A stretch of DNA of 64,000 nt, taken from the NCBI GenBank assembly GCA_040954595.2, contig CM082588.2, forward strand, positions 10,772,844 to 10,836,843. Reading direction: 5' to 3'. The position numbers were made by a program, and so were the translations under genes. This document shows positions 30,001-41,683 of the stretch, piece by piece (within the stretch, counting starts at the first letter, position 1; the number at the start of each line of letters is the position of its first letter). This DNA is from Balanoglossus misakiensis. Its lineage: Eukaryota > Animalia > Hemichordata. The notes below the pieces were generated by a model, which was not told where the DNA came from, searched no databases, and saw nothing but the letters and a program-made list of their open reading frames with translations.

Positions 30001-33000
30001 AGCAACCATGAACATTTTACAACTATCCGTCGATCTACAGAGTCTAGTGGAAAACGTTCTTATGCGCATAGGCCTATATATGTGTTCTGCGCATCACAAC
30101 AGAATTCGGTAAACAAACGAGGTTGTTTGGAAGCAACCATGGAAATTTTACAACTATCCGTCGATCTACAGAGTCTAGTGGAAAAATGTCGTATGCGCAT
30201 AGGCCTATCATGTGTTCTGCGCCTCAAAACAGAATTCCGTAAATAAACAAGGCTGTTTGCAAGCAAACATGGAAATTTTACAGCTATCCGTCGATCTACA
30301 GAGTCTAGTGGAAAACGTTCTTTTGAGCATAGGCCTATATATATGTTATGCGCATCACAACAGAAATCGGTAAATAAACGAGGCTGTATTTGGAAGCAAC
30401 CATGGACATTTTACATCTATCCGTCGATCTACAGAGTCTTGTGGAAAACTTTCTAATGCGCATAGGCCTATTACGTGTTCTGCGCCTCACAACAGAATTC
30501 CGTAAATAAACGAGGCTGTTTGGAAGCAAACATGGAAATTTTACAGCTATCCGTCGATCTACAGAGTCTAGTGGAAAACGTTCTTTTGCGCATAGGCCTA
30601 TATATGTGTTATGCGCATCACAACAGAAATCGGTAAATAAACGAGGCTGTATTTGGAAGCAACCGTGGACATTTTACATCTATCCGTCGATCTACAGAGT
30701 CTTGTGGAAAACTTTCTAATGCGCATAGGTCTATTACGTGTTCTGCGCCTCACAACAGAATTCGGTAAATAAACGAGGCTGTTTGGAAGCAACCATGGAA
30801 ATTTTAGAACTATCCGTCGATCTACAGAGTCTAGTGGAAAAATGTCTTATGCGCATAGGCCTATCATGTGTTCTGCGCCTCACAACAGAAATCGGTAAAT
30901 AAACGAGGCAGTTTGGAAGCAACCATGGAAATTTTACAGCTATCCGTCGATCTACAGAGTCTAGTGGAAAACGTTCTTATGCGCATAGGCCTATATATGT
31001 GTTCTGCGCATCACAACAGAATTTTGTAAACAAACGAGGCTGTGTTTGGAAGCAACCATGGAAATTTTAGAACTATCTCTCGATCTACAGAGTCTATAGT
31101 GGAAAACTTTCTTATGCACATATGCCTATCTATGTGTTCTGCGCCTCAAAACAGAATTCCGTAAATAAACGAGGCTGTTTGGAAGCAAACATGGAAATTT
31201 TAGAACTATCTCTCGATCTACAGAGTATAGTGGGAAACGTTCATATGCACATAGGCCTATATATGTGTTCTGCGCATCACAACAGAATTTTGTAAACAAA
31301 CGAGGCTTTGTTTGGAAGCAACCATGGACATTTTAGAACTATCCGTCGACCTTCAGCGTCTAGTGGAAAACTTTTTTATGCGCATAGGCCTATCTATGTG
31401 TTCAGAGCCTCACAACAGAAATCGGTAAATAAACGAGGCTGTTTGGAAACAACCATGGAAATTTTAGAACTATCCGTCGATCTAAAAGGTCTAGTGGAAA
31501 ACGTTCTTATGCGCATAGGCCTATCTATGTGTTCTGCGCATCACAACAGAATTTTGTAAACAAACGAGGCTGTGTTTTGAGGCAACCATGTATATTTTAG
31601 AACTATCTCTCGATCTACAGAGTCTAGTGGAAAACTTTCTTATGCGCATAGGCCTAGCTATGTGTTCTGCGCATTACAACAGAATTTTGTAAACAAACGA
31701 GGTTGTGTTTGGAATCAACCATGGAAATTTTAGAACTATCCGTCGATCTACAGTGAAAAAGTTTCTTATGCGCATAGGCCTATCATGTGTTCTGCGCATC
31801 ACTGCAGAATTTTGTAAACAAACGAGGCTGTGTTTGGAAGCAACCATGGAAATTTTAGAACTATCCGTCGATCTATAGAGTCTAGTGGAAAACGTTCTTA
31901 TGCGCATAGGCCTATCTATGTGTTCTGCGCATTACAACAGAATTTGGAAATAAACGAGGCTGTGTTTGGAAGCAACCATGGAAATTTTAGAACTATCCGT
32001 CGATCTGCAGAGTCTAGTAAAAAACTTTCTTATGCGCATAGGCCTATCACGTGTTCTGCGCCTCACAACAGAAATCGGTAAATAAACGAGGCTGTTTGGA
32101 TGCAACCATGGAAATTTTAGAACTATCCGTCGATCTACAGAGTCTAGTGGAAAAGTTTCTTATGCACATAGGCCTATCTATGTGATCTGCGCATCACAGC
32201 AGAATTCGGTAAATAAACAAGGCTGTTTGAAATCAACCATGGACATTTTAGAACTATCCGTCGATCTACAGAGTCTAGTGGAAAACTTTCTTATGCGCAT
32301 AGGCCTAGCTATGTGTTCTGCGCGTCACAAAAGAATTTTGTAAACAAACGAGGCTGTGTTTGGAAGCAACCATGGAAATTTTAGAACTATCTCTCGATCT
32401 ACAGAGTCTATGGAAATTTTAGAACTATCCGTCGATCTACAGTGAAAAAGTTTCTTATGCGCATAGGCCTATCATGTGTTCTGCGCATCACTGCAGACTT
32501 TTGTAAACAAACGAGACTGTGTTTGGAAGCAACCTTGGAAATTTTAGAACTATCTCTCGATCTACAGAGTCTAGTGGAAAACTTTCTAATGCGCATAGGC
32601 CTATCACGTGTTCTGCGCCTCACAACATAATTCGGTAAATAAACGAGGCTGTTTGGAAGCAAGTATGGATATTTTAGAACTATCCGTCGATCTACAGAGT
32701 CTAGTGGAAAAATTCTTATGCGCATAGGCCTATCATGTGTTCTGCGCATCACAACAGAATTCATTAAATAAACGAGGCTGTTTGGAAGCAACCATGGACA
32801 TTTTAGAACTATCCGTCGATCTACAGAGTCTAGTGGAAAAATTTCTTATGCGCATAGGCCTATCATGTGTTCTGCGCCTCACAACAGAAATCGGTAAATT
32901 AACGAGGCTGTTTGGAAGCAACCATGGCAATTTTAGAACTATCCGTCGATCTACAGAGTCTAGTGGAAAACTTTCTTATGCGCATAGGCCTATCACGTGT

Positions 33001-34056
33001 TCTGCGCCTAACAACAGAATTCGGTAAATAAACGAGGCTGTTTGGAAGCAACTATGGAAATTTTAGAACTACCCGTCGATCTACAGAGTCTAGTGGAAAA
33101 ATTTCTTATGCGCATAGTCCTATCATGTGTTCTGCGCATCACAACAGAATTCGGTAAATAAACGAGGCTGTTTGGAAGCAACCATTGAAATTTTACAACT
33201 ATCCGTCGATCTACAGAGTATAGTGGAAAACTTTCTTATGCGTATAGGCCTATCATGTGTTCAGCGCCTCACAACAGAAATCGGTAAATAAACGAGGCTG
33301 TTTAGAAGCACCCATGTAAATTTTAGAACTATCCATCGATCTACAGAGTCTAGTGGAAAACGTTCTTTTGCGCATAGGCCTATCTATGTGTTCTGCGCAT
33401 CACAAAATAATTTTGTAAACAAACGAGGCTGTTTGGAAGCAACCACGGAAATTTTTGAACTATCTCTCGATCTACACAGTCTAGTGGAAAAATTTCTTAT
33501 GAGCATGGGCCTATCATGTGTTCTGCGCCTCACAACAGAAATCGGTAAATAAACGAGGCTGTTTGGAAGCAACCATGGAAATTTTAGAACTATCCGTCGA
33601 TCTTCAGCGTCTAGTGGAAAACTTTCTTATGCGCATAGGCCTATCTATGTGTTCAGCGCCTCACAACAGAAATCGGTAAATAAACGAGGCTGTTTGGAAA
33701 CAACCATGGAAATTTTAGAACTATCCGTCGATCTAAAAGGTCTAGTGGAAAACGTTCTTATGCGCATAGGCCTATCTATGTGTTCTGCGCATCACAACAG
33801 ATTTTTGTAAACAAACGAGGCTGTGTTTTGAGGCAACCATGGATATTTTAGAACTATCTCTCGATCTACAGAGTCTAGTGGAAAACTTTCTTATGCACAT
33901 AGGCCTATCTATGTGTTATGTGCCTCACAACAGAATTCGGTAAACAAACGAGGTTGTTTGGAAGCAACCATGGGCATTTTGGAACTATCCGTCGATCCAC
34001 AGAGTCTAGTGGAAAACGTTCTTATGCGCATAGGCCTATCTATGTGTTCTGCGCAT
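1..34056. repeat. Tandem satellite array, ~131-bp monomer (variants roughly 125-135 bp), ~260 head-to-tail copies with higher-order structure; continues beyond the window start
   Basis: Consensus GTTTGGAAGCAACCATGGAAATTTTAGAACTATCCGTCGATCTACAGAGTCTAGTGGAAAACTTTCTTATGCGCATAGGCCTATCTATGTGTTCTGCGCCTCACAACAGAATTCGGTAAATAAACGAGGCT recurs uninterrupted (e.g. TTGGAAGCAA at 661 and 792). It ends mid-monomer at ...TTCTGCGCAT (34056). Confidence 0.99.
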
Positions 34057-34159
34057 TTTACTTTTGCCACTCCACTCAAAGTAAGCATCGGTGTGGTGGT
34101 GTGGCAAGTAGTCTGCCCTTGTACACTAGACAAACCAGGCAATAAATGAAATGTAGCGA

Positions 34160-34404
34160 AGAATGGAGGGGTGGGTGTGGGATAGGGTGTCCCCCTCCCA
34201 TATTAGAAAATCTTGTAAAATTAAGGGCGCGAAACTGCAATTTTGTGGACTCAAAGCAAAAGTTTTGCGGCAAAAGTATGTGACCCCCTAAACGTTTAAA
34301 AAAAAAAGATTACCCCCACTTTCGGACTTCAAAATTTAAGTGACCCCCCCCCCCCCCCTGGATTTTGCCGCCCCACCCGGCCGTAAAAACTGAATGGTCC
34401 CTTA
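34160..34404. mobile_element. MITE remnant with G/C tracts, right end only (possibly Harbinger-like)
   Basis: Poly-C tract followed by ...GAATGGTCCC|TTA. A CCC terminus plus TTA fits a Harbinger-type end; no matching left end was seen. Confidence 0.3.
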
Positions 34405-34646
34405 CCCATATACGCGACTTCCATTAATAAATTTGAAGAATAAGAGATCCTCTCCGTAAATAGGCCTTATTGGGGGTCAAAACTACCGAAAGAAGACCCT
34501 GCCCCAACTCCCCTTTAAACCAACTAATTCACACCGGGTTAGTTTTGTTTCTTTCATATTTGAATGAGAATTAAAATGCCGCAGGAAATTCTGCTGGCGT
34601 CCTTAGGATACGAGATCGGGAACTTTCAAAAGTTCCGCAGAATATA

Positions 34647-34662
34647 CCCCAAGAGGGCGCTG
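34647..34662 (+). promoter_or_regulatory. CTCF-like motif in a CpG-rich patch next to the satellite edge
   Basis: CCCCAAGAGGGCGCTG matches 12/14 positions of the CCASYAGRKGGCRS core. Function is untested. Confidence 0.3.
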
Positions 34663-35681
34663 TTGCTGACCTTCGACCCGTTTCCTTTGACCAGTTCTGT
34701 GTCTTCGTTGTAAACACATGTGTGACACGCAGGCTAGAGAATCTGCCAGTTTTTTCTGTCGTCAACTCCAATGTCGCCTTTTCTATGGACGTTAGTTGGC
34801 CAGTGTTTGTTACACATCCAGGACGGTGTCATATTTCTCTGAAAGAATAGCGGAAAACATGCAAAGCCAAGGAGCGAGCAAGTACCAGCTGTTTTCTGCA
34901 AGTCATGGGTTCAGGCCCCCCACACTGTCCACCATCATTATTCCTATATACAGATTTGGCGGAGTGAGTATTGAAACATTACAGTATTTAGTGTGTTTTA
35001 AGATATCACTGATAGTTTTCACGACTTAATGTGTGGGTAGAATCACATTCATCGCGATAACGTTACTGTAGTCCCCTGATTCAGTCCGTAAACAAGGTAA
35101 GCTTGAGACATGGACGATCGACAATCAGTTTCCGCTGTTGATTTCGCCCTATCGCAACTTAGTAACTGGGGCCGAGTGATGCTCCATTATTTAAAGTTCA
35201 TGACTATTGACACCAATTGCAAAATATCAATGTTAAGGCGTGCTTTCAGAGAATATTCAACCAGAAAACCGACAACAATTGATGACCTCATGTGACCTTT
35301 ACTGGTTGAATCAGGCGACCACTGCAGTGTGATTCCAACGTTTGTGGGAAGACCACAGGGAGCTCTTCCTCCTGCTTTGCAGTGTGTGTGTGTGTTTGTT
35401 TAATATAAAAATGTGTGACAAAAATATGTATGTTTACAAATATTGTCAAGATTGTTTGTTTGTTGAGAGGTTAAGGGGAGTAACCCTTTCTGTTCAATAT
35501 ACCCACAAAGGTGAACAAATTTGTAAACAAACATATTTTTCACAGAGTAGTTTTATTATATCCGCATTGCATCCAGCATGATCGCAGAAAACATCACCAA
35601 TAAACCAAAATTGGAGTTGATGGCTTGGCTTTATTTGGGACTATCATTGTTTGGTTATAGTCCATGGGCCAGAGACCGACA

Positions 35682-37284
35682 TGTAGTCATGCAGAATTAA
35701 TTTTATGTGTTCTAAATAATTATTTTAGCTTATCTTTGTTGGAAATAATTTTGCCAACATCTCGAATTATTTTTACGTGTAGACTCGAATTAATTTCAGG
35801 TGTAGTGTCGAATTAATATCACGTGTTTTGTCGAATTAATTTCACGTGTTGTGTCGAATTAATTTTACATTGTGTCAAATTAATATTGCCCCCACAATCC
35901 TTTGCGCTTAAATCAAGATGGCGGCGGCTGAGCATGTCTTTCTCGCCGCATAAAGTTCGAAAAAGGGGCCGTTGTACAAGTTGTGAGACGTTTTGGGGGG
36001 AATTCAATGTTTTTAATTATTTTTTGTAGTCATGCAGAATTAATTTTATGTGTTCTAAATAATTATTTTAGCTTATCTTTGTTAGAAATAATTTTGCCAA
36101 CATATCGAATTCTTTTTACGTGTAGACTTGAATTAATTACAGGTGTAGTGTCGAATTAATATCATCTTTTACAAGATAGATAGGTGATGTGTTTTGCTCT
36201 GTGAAAGAAAATGGAGGGGGAGGGTGTTTAAAATTTTGGCAGTTCGGAAGGGGGATTTGTAAATATTTCGGGTTGTGTCGGGGGGAGGGGGGGGGCATGT
36301 GAAAATTAGCGGTAAAATTTTTTAATTCTCTCGCCCACCCCCCCCCCCCCACCCTCCAATGGTGTTTGTGAATGCAGCCTACAGAGGAGGTGGAGACTTC
36401 GGGGTCTGCCCCTTTACTATCTATGCCCCACACCCTATCTTATCAGTTGTAAATCTAGAATGCAAGCTATCATTAAATATGGTTATGTAGAGAGAGACTT
36501 TGTCTTTTTAATTTAAATTTATTTAAACAAAACTTGAGTTTACAAGGAAATTTTAAGGAATATTTTATTCGCCGTTTCCTGGGATCTGGGCCCTACAGCT
36601 ATTTCTTAGTTCTGAAAATAACAAATTAACACAATTTTTGTATGTTCAGATGTCAAAATTTATTCAATCAAGGCGAATTGGCAACGCGGGGCAACAGCTT
36701 GCTCTGTGTACAGGTCTGTGTGTTCCCGCCATGACACGGCCTCCACGCCAAGAACACTGTACGCAGAGCTGGGCTATACCATAGCAAGGCTGGCGATTAC
36801 ACCAACTGGTAGTGGTTTTGAGTGGTTTGACTAGAAAATTCTGTCTGTAGACCAAAACTCGTGGACCGATCGCCGTTTTCGAGCACACTGCATTTATATT
36901 GGACAGCAAATCGCCCCAAAACGTTTCACAACTTGTACAACGGCCCCTTTTTTAACTTTATGCGGCGAGAAAGACATGCTCAGCCGCCGCCATCTTGATT
37001 TACGCGCAAAGGATTGTAAGGGCAATATTATTTGACAACGTGAAATTAATTCGACACAACACGTGAAATTAATTCGAGTCTACACATAAAAATAATTCGA
37101 GATGTTGGCAGAATTATTTCTAACAAAGATAAGCTAAAATAATTATTTAGAACACATAAAATTAATTCTGCATGACTACAAAAAAATAATTAAAGCACAT
37201 AAAAAATAATTCTATATACTGGTAAAATTAATTCTAACATGTTTTATTAATAAACTACAATTTTGACCAGAACGGGCCCTCATA
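35682..37284. mobile_element. Foldback-like element or rearranged copies: ~320-bp inverted arms with internal ~21-bp tandem units plus a partial direct copy
   Basis: 35682-36000 is the reverse complement of ~36912-37180. TGTAGTCATGCAGAATTAATTTT... is repeated directly at ~36025-36163. The GTCGAATTAATTTCACGTG-type unit is tandemly repeated. Confidence 0.75.
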
Positions 37285-38395
37285 GATACCGGTAGTACAT
37301 GTAACTTTGGGTGTTTTTCTCAATGTTTATAATGTGTTTTGATTGCCTGTTCTACTTGTTTCTGAACATAGTTAAAGCTTCATTAGCTGTAACTTTTCAC
37401 TTTGTTTTCAGTATTTTTGTTTTAAGTATTTACTGCAGTGTCTTCTTCAGATCCCTGAATCATGATGAAATATAGGTGTGTCTGTTCAGTATTGTTATTG
37501 TGAATTTGAATTCAAGTCTGGACTAGAATTCATTTCAATAGCCGTTACACACATACAGGTTATGCTGACAAGTGGAGTTCTGTGTAGAGCATGTGTAACA
37601 GTTAATGTCCCTTTAAATATCACATACATACATCTGTCTAGTTTTGTACATGCAACTCACACGTATGTTATATTTATTGATTGACTGTCAAATATCATCC
37701 TGTTGTTTGATTAAATGTAAATGTTGTATGTTGTAGAATAGAAAGCACAATTCTTCTAGTTCCATAGATATCAGTGCTCATTTTAAAGCTGAAAGTGACA
37801 TTTTCAACACTAAATGCAAGGAAATGTAACTAAATATTTTAATTTTGCAGTCAAAATGCAACACAGTCAGCTCCGAACTGCATTTAAAATCCAAACACAT
37901 GGTGTTATATTCTTGGTAATAAGCAAAGATCTGTATCCTATCCACAAAGTATATATCATACACACAGTATTATCTTAATAACTATAATACAGCTATGAAA
38001 TTGCTAGAAACATTGTAATATTTGGATGAATTTAAAGAAAAATAATTATATTTATATTAACAGTATGTAAAAGTTACGAAGATTTAGCGTTGAATGATGT
38101 TGTGATGTCTGTAAGAGCTGTTCCAATACAAGGTGAACGAATTTCAAAACCTTTTGTTCAATCAACCTTTCTACTGACCTGTGATTCCAAAAGTTATTGA
38201 AATATCATTACACATTTACCTGTATATAGTGCAGACTATAAATAGAGCACACTCTGGAAAGGAGTTATGTAATTAATATCTCTATCATGTGAGTGACATC
38301 ATTTTAAGGGCCACTGACCACCCCACCTGTGACAATTTGCTAGGGGGTGCGAACATCTCAACAGGAGGTGAATCCCTCCATGCCATGTCTGGGTA

Positions 38396-38396
<1 letters not shown>

Positions 38397-38430
<34 letters not shown>

Positions 38431-38492
38431 CTTTCATTCATTCATTCAGTGAGTCAGTCAGTTAGTCAGTCAGTCAGTCCGTCAGTCAGTCA
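38397..38492. repeat. Compound microsatellite (TGAT)n(ATTC)n(CAGT)n
   Basis: Read directly from the sequence. Confidence 0.9.
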
Positions 38493-38814
38493 TATTAATT
38501 AATTCATTAAGGCATATAAACGATATAGCTAGCCTATTGTGATAGGAATGGGCTAACACCCTTGTCATATAAACTTTGGCGAAGCGATCCCAAGCTCAGC
38601 TAAGGTAGATGGGAGGGACCTGAATCACATGTGCCCATCATAATGAAAGCTGCCAACCCTCTTAGAATGATACTACGGCCTATACGTTGATCACCTGATC
38701 GCATCGCCCTGTCACACTTGGCTATGGGCTACTGTTCATGTATGATAAAGGGGTTATTACACTAAGTTTGGTCGATAACGTGACGCATCCTCGTGATGTC
38801 CATAATATGGACAT

Positions 38815-39094
38815 CCCTTACGAAAAAAGGGCCTGCTGCAAACTCCTCCCGCAAATCTGCAGCAGGATTCTGCGAACTCACTGCAAACTGCTGCTGCAAA
38901 GTGGCAAACAGTCCTGATTTTACCATGCAAATTAGGGGACTTGCAAATTTGTTGCAAACTTCCAGCAACAAGATTTTGAATACTGCAGTGAGTTCACAGG
39001 AATTTGAATACTGCAGTGAGTTCACAGCAATCAAGATTGCCACCTTGAAAATTTGAACATTGCAGTGAGTTTGCAGCAAGACAATTAACTAGGG
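38815..39094. mobile_element. Small nested element with CCCT...AGGG ends and repeated CTGCAAACT/CTGCAG motifs
   Basis: Starts CCCTTACGAAAA and ends TAACTAGGG; motifs occur in inverted orientation near the two ends. Confidence 0.4.
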
Positions 39095-39224
39095 GTACCA
39101 TTGAACCACCCACCCCCACCCCCCATAAAACCTCAGAGACAAGCAAACTATAATTAACAGTTTTTATTTAAAAAAAAATCTATTTTAATCACAGGGTTAA
39201 GAAATCTAAAAAATCAACATGGTA

Positions 39225-39460
39225 AAACTACACACTACAAAAATTGGTTTTCAAAAAATAAAAAAGCTACACTACAAATATAAACACCACAACTTGCTCC
39301 TCTGCAAAAAATGTTTTTCCAATATAAAAAACTACACTACAAACAACTTGCTACTCTAATTTTTTTTCAATATAAAAAAAACTACACTACAAACTTGCTA
39401 CTCTACAATTTTTTTCCAATATAAAAAACTACACTACAAACTTCCTACTCTACTACACTC
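39225..39460. repeat. ~45-bp minisatellite, 4-5 degenerate copies
   Basis: AATATAAAAAACTACACTACAAACTTGCTACTCT-type unit repeated. Confidence 0.8.
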
Positions 39461-40638
39461 TGTTTTTATTTAAGACAGCCCGTTTGCATGTGGCGCATTT
39501 CGCGTTGAATGCATGGATCAGCTCTTTTGTTGACATCTTCAGTTTGTTGACACCAAATACTGAAAAAGAGAAGAATAAACACATATCAGTTACACCATGC
39601 AGTAATAAGGAGAAGATTGCCAAGCATAATTGTTACATATGCAGTTGCCCAATACGAGTAATTTCCACCAACCGGAAGTCACACAATTCAACTAAAATTC
39701 AGGAAAAAAACTTAATATCATTCAGGTACAAAAACTGTTGACCTAACTGATAAATTTCATCGAGTGTATTTGTAGTAGATGGTCAGAACAAATAAAATGA
39801 AATGTATAAGGATGAGATGCACCTTTATAATGATATTTATTTTGAATCCAGTGAATATGGGATAGCCAATCAAAGAATTTCACTCCAGGGACATGCAAAA
39901 AATGTCATTATCATAGAATACAATCATTTCGACATTTTAAAGAAACCTTTTACTTACAAGTCAGTGCCGTTACAACATGCTGGTAGGGTGTTCCAATAAA
40001 TGCGCTGGTATTCTTCCCGCTCAGTTGTTCGGGTTTTAAACAACCCATCCATCAGCTTTTTTATGACGTAAGATGGCGGCTTGTTCTTGCATCTACCTAA
40101 AGTTATGCTCAACCAGGCAGATGGAATCGCTACGTTGGAGTTGGAAAGCCGTTCATATTGCAGTGGCAGAGGCTCGCCCTCGTCTAGAATCACCTGATTG
40201 AAATTAAAAAGAGTACCAATAATTATTACATTGGTGTGAAAGTCATTTAGTACTCACAAAATTCAATCCCCACTTACTTACAAAGAGAAGGCTAAATGAT
40301 TGCATTCAGAATAAACATGACCTATGTCAACAAATTCATTGAGAAAAAAAAATGTTTCCCTGTTAAAAGCAACAAATTTACATAATTAAACTGTGTATTA
40401 AAATGCAAGCATGGGATAACATGAGGTACTAAAGAGAAGGGGTGTATTATGCATGTATATACTGACGTGGACTGGGGGGATGCAGAAGTGTGAGCGATGG
40501 CGTGCTTACATGAAGAACTGACACTTACATAGTTTGCCCTGGGAATGATTTACCCTCGTTTGGGCGTGTAATGACTATCCTCAGAGAAGCCTTTTGATGC
40601 ACAGGTGTGTACACAGCACTGGCGTGTTTTCTCAGCTT
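39453..40638 (-). pseudogene. Spliced BEN-domain protein pseudogene (3 exons: 40638-40529, 40193-39958, 39559-39453) inside the TIR element
   Basis: Canonical ag/gt sites with compatible phases. The reconstruction reads ...PPSYVIKKLMDGLFK/PEQLSGKNTSAF...VVTALT|LFGVNKLKMSTKELIHAFNAKCATCKR...TAG, which fits BEN motifs (KLM..LF..E.L; I...N.KC...R). It has one in-frame TAA and one 1-bp frameshift. Confidence 0.7.
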
Positions 40639-41187
40639 CTGCAAAATAATAGTAACAAATTGAGTCGCACAAATGCACCCACTATTTCTTGCTATTTCAT
40701 ATTTCATTCAAATGTCTGCAACAACATATACTGTGCACATAACAGCCCCCCCCCCCCCCCCATGCACTGTTCCAATTACAAGACCTACCCCAATTCTTAC
40801 TGGCACCATGGACTTATACCACTTATACAATGATGCAACAGGCTTATCTTTTTATAGACACCTGACATTAGAAAGACCTTGTATGTATACCACTCTATTC
40901 TGACAAAAATGCAAGTTAATCAACATCACATATAAAATAATATAATATGAATAGAATAAAACCGATTCACAAAATATCAAATAGCTACTTGTTAGGCATT
41001 TGATTTTAAGTTGGATGGTGTTTGTGTATTGCAGAGGGATGTTTGTGTGCAGTAATCACGCTGTACATACCATGCAAGTTTGGCATACTATCACTCAAAT
41101 ATGACGCGTTATCGACCAAACTTAGTGTAATAACCCTTAAGTAACACCCTCTTATTTTAAAGAAAACTCATTATTGAAGCCCATTAA

Positions 41188-41272
41188 CCCTTTCACAACC
41201 AAGGTTCAGTCTAAACCCATTGTTATCTATGAAAAGGTTCGACCTGTATAGAAGGAACTGGGGGTGAAAGGG
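41188..41272. mobile_element. 85-bp piggyBac-type MITE (truncated second copy from 62257)
   Basis: TTAA|CCCTTTCAC...GTGAAAGGG|TTAA. Confidence 0.8.
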
Positions 41273-41436
41273 TTAAAGGGACAAAGTCTCAGTTTTGTCC
41301 TTTGACTCACTGGCTTTTATTAGAGGTTCCTACCTTTAAATGTTTCATAAAATGTTTAATCAAATCTGTCTACAATCAGAGTAGACATTGTTTACATACA
41401 CCTTTTGTTAAATAATTGTACTGTGTTGTATTTCAG

Positions 41437-41535
41437 ATTTTTGTCAGGAGCAGGTGAGAAATACGGTATGATTTCTGAAGGTCTGAGTACTGCATTGCAG
41501 TTATTTGACGATATGAAGACTTTGCGATTTTCAAG
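41437..41535 (+). pseudogene. MED25: MED25-like exon (Mediator subunit 25, VWA domain)
   Basis: tttcag|...|gtaatt, 99 bp, phase 2-2. Encodes [30 protein letters not shown] versus recalled vertebrate MED25 [30 protein letters not shown]. The exon is open, but neighbouring VWA exons were not found. Confidence 0.85.
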
Positions 41536-41683
41536 GTAATTATGGTAAAATTGTGAGGTTAAAAACCATTCTCTAATTATGGGCCCCACTTTTTGAGGTG
41601 GTTTATCTGTTTATGTAAAGCTCACCATGTCAACCAGGAAATGATTCGATACCGACAGTGGAGTACAACTGATGTGCGAAGTA

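Larger units (their letters stand above)
38749..41138. mobile_element. 2.4-kb non-autonomous DNA element with 30-bp perfect TIRs, superfamily unassigned
   Basis: GGGTTATTACACTAAGTTTGGTCGATAACG (38751-38780) and its reverse complement (41107-41136). No clear TSD. Confidence 0.8.

Noticed and set aside
1-34056. CRISPR-like or coding repeat array
   Set aside because: There are no unique spacers, the whole unit repeats, no cas genes are present and the context is eukaryotic.
1-34056. Hammerhead ribozyme, tRNA or 5S origin of the monomer
   Set aside because: No CTGANGA core and no convincing Pol III A/B/C boxes were seen.
107-34149. Dozens of near-identical 60-127 aa ORFs on both strands
   Set aside because: They are translations of the satellite monomer; monomer lengths shift the frame and no domain is recognisable.
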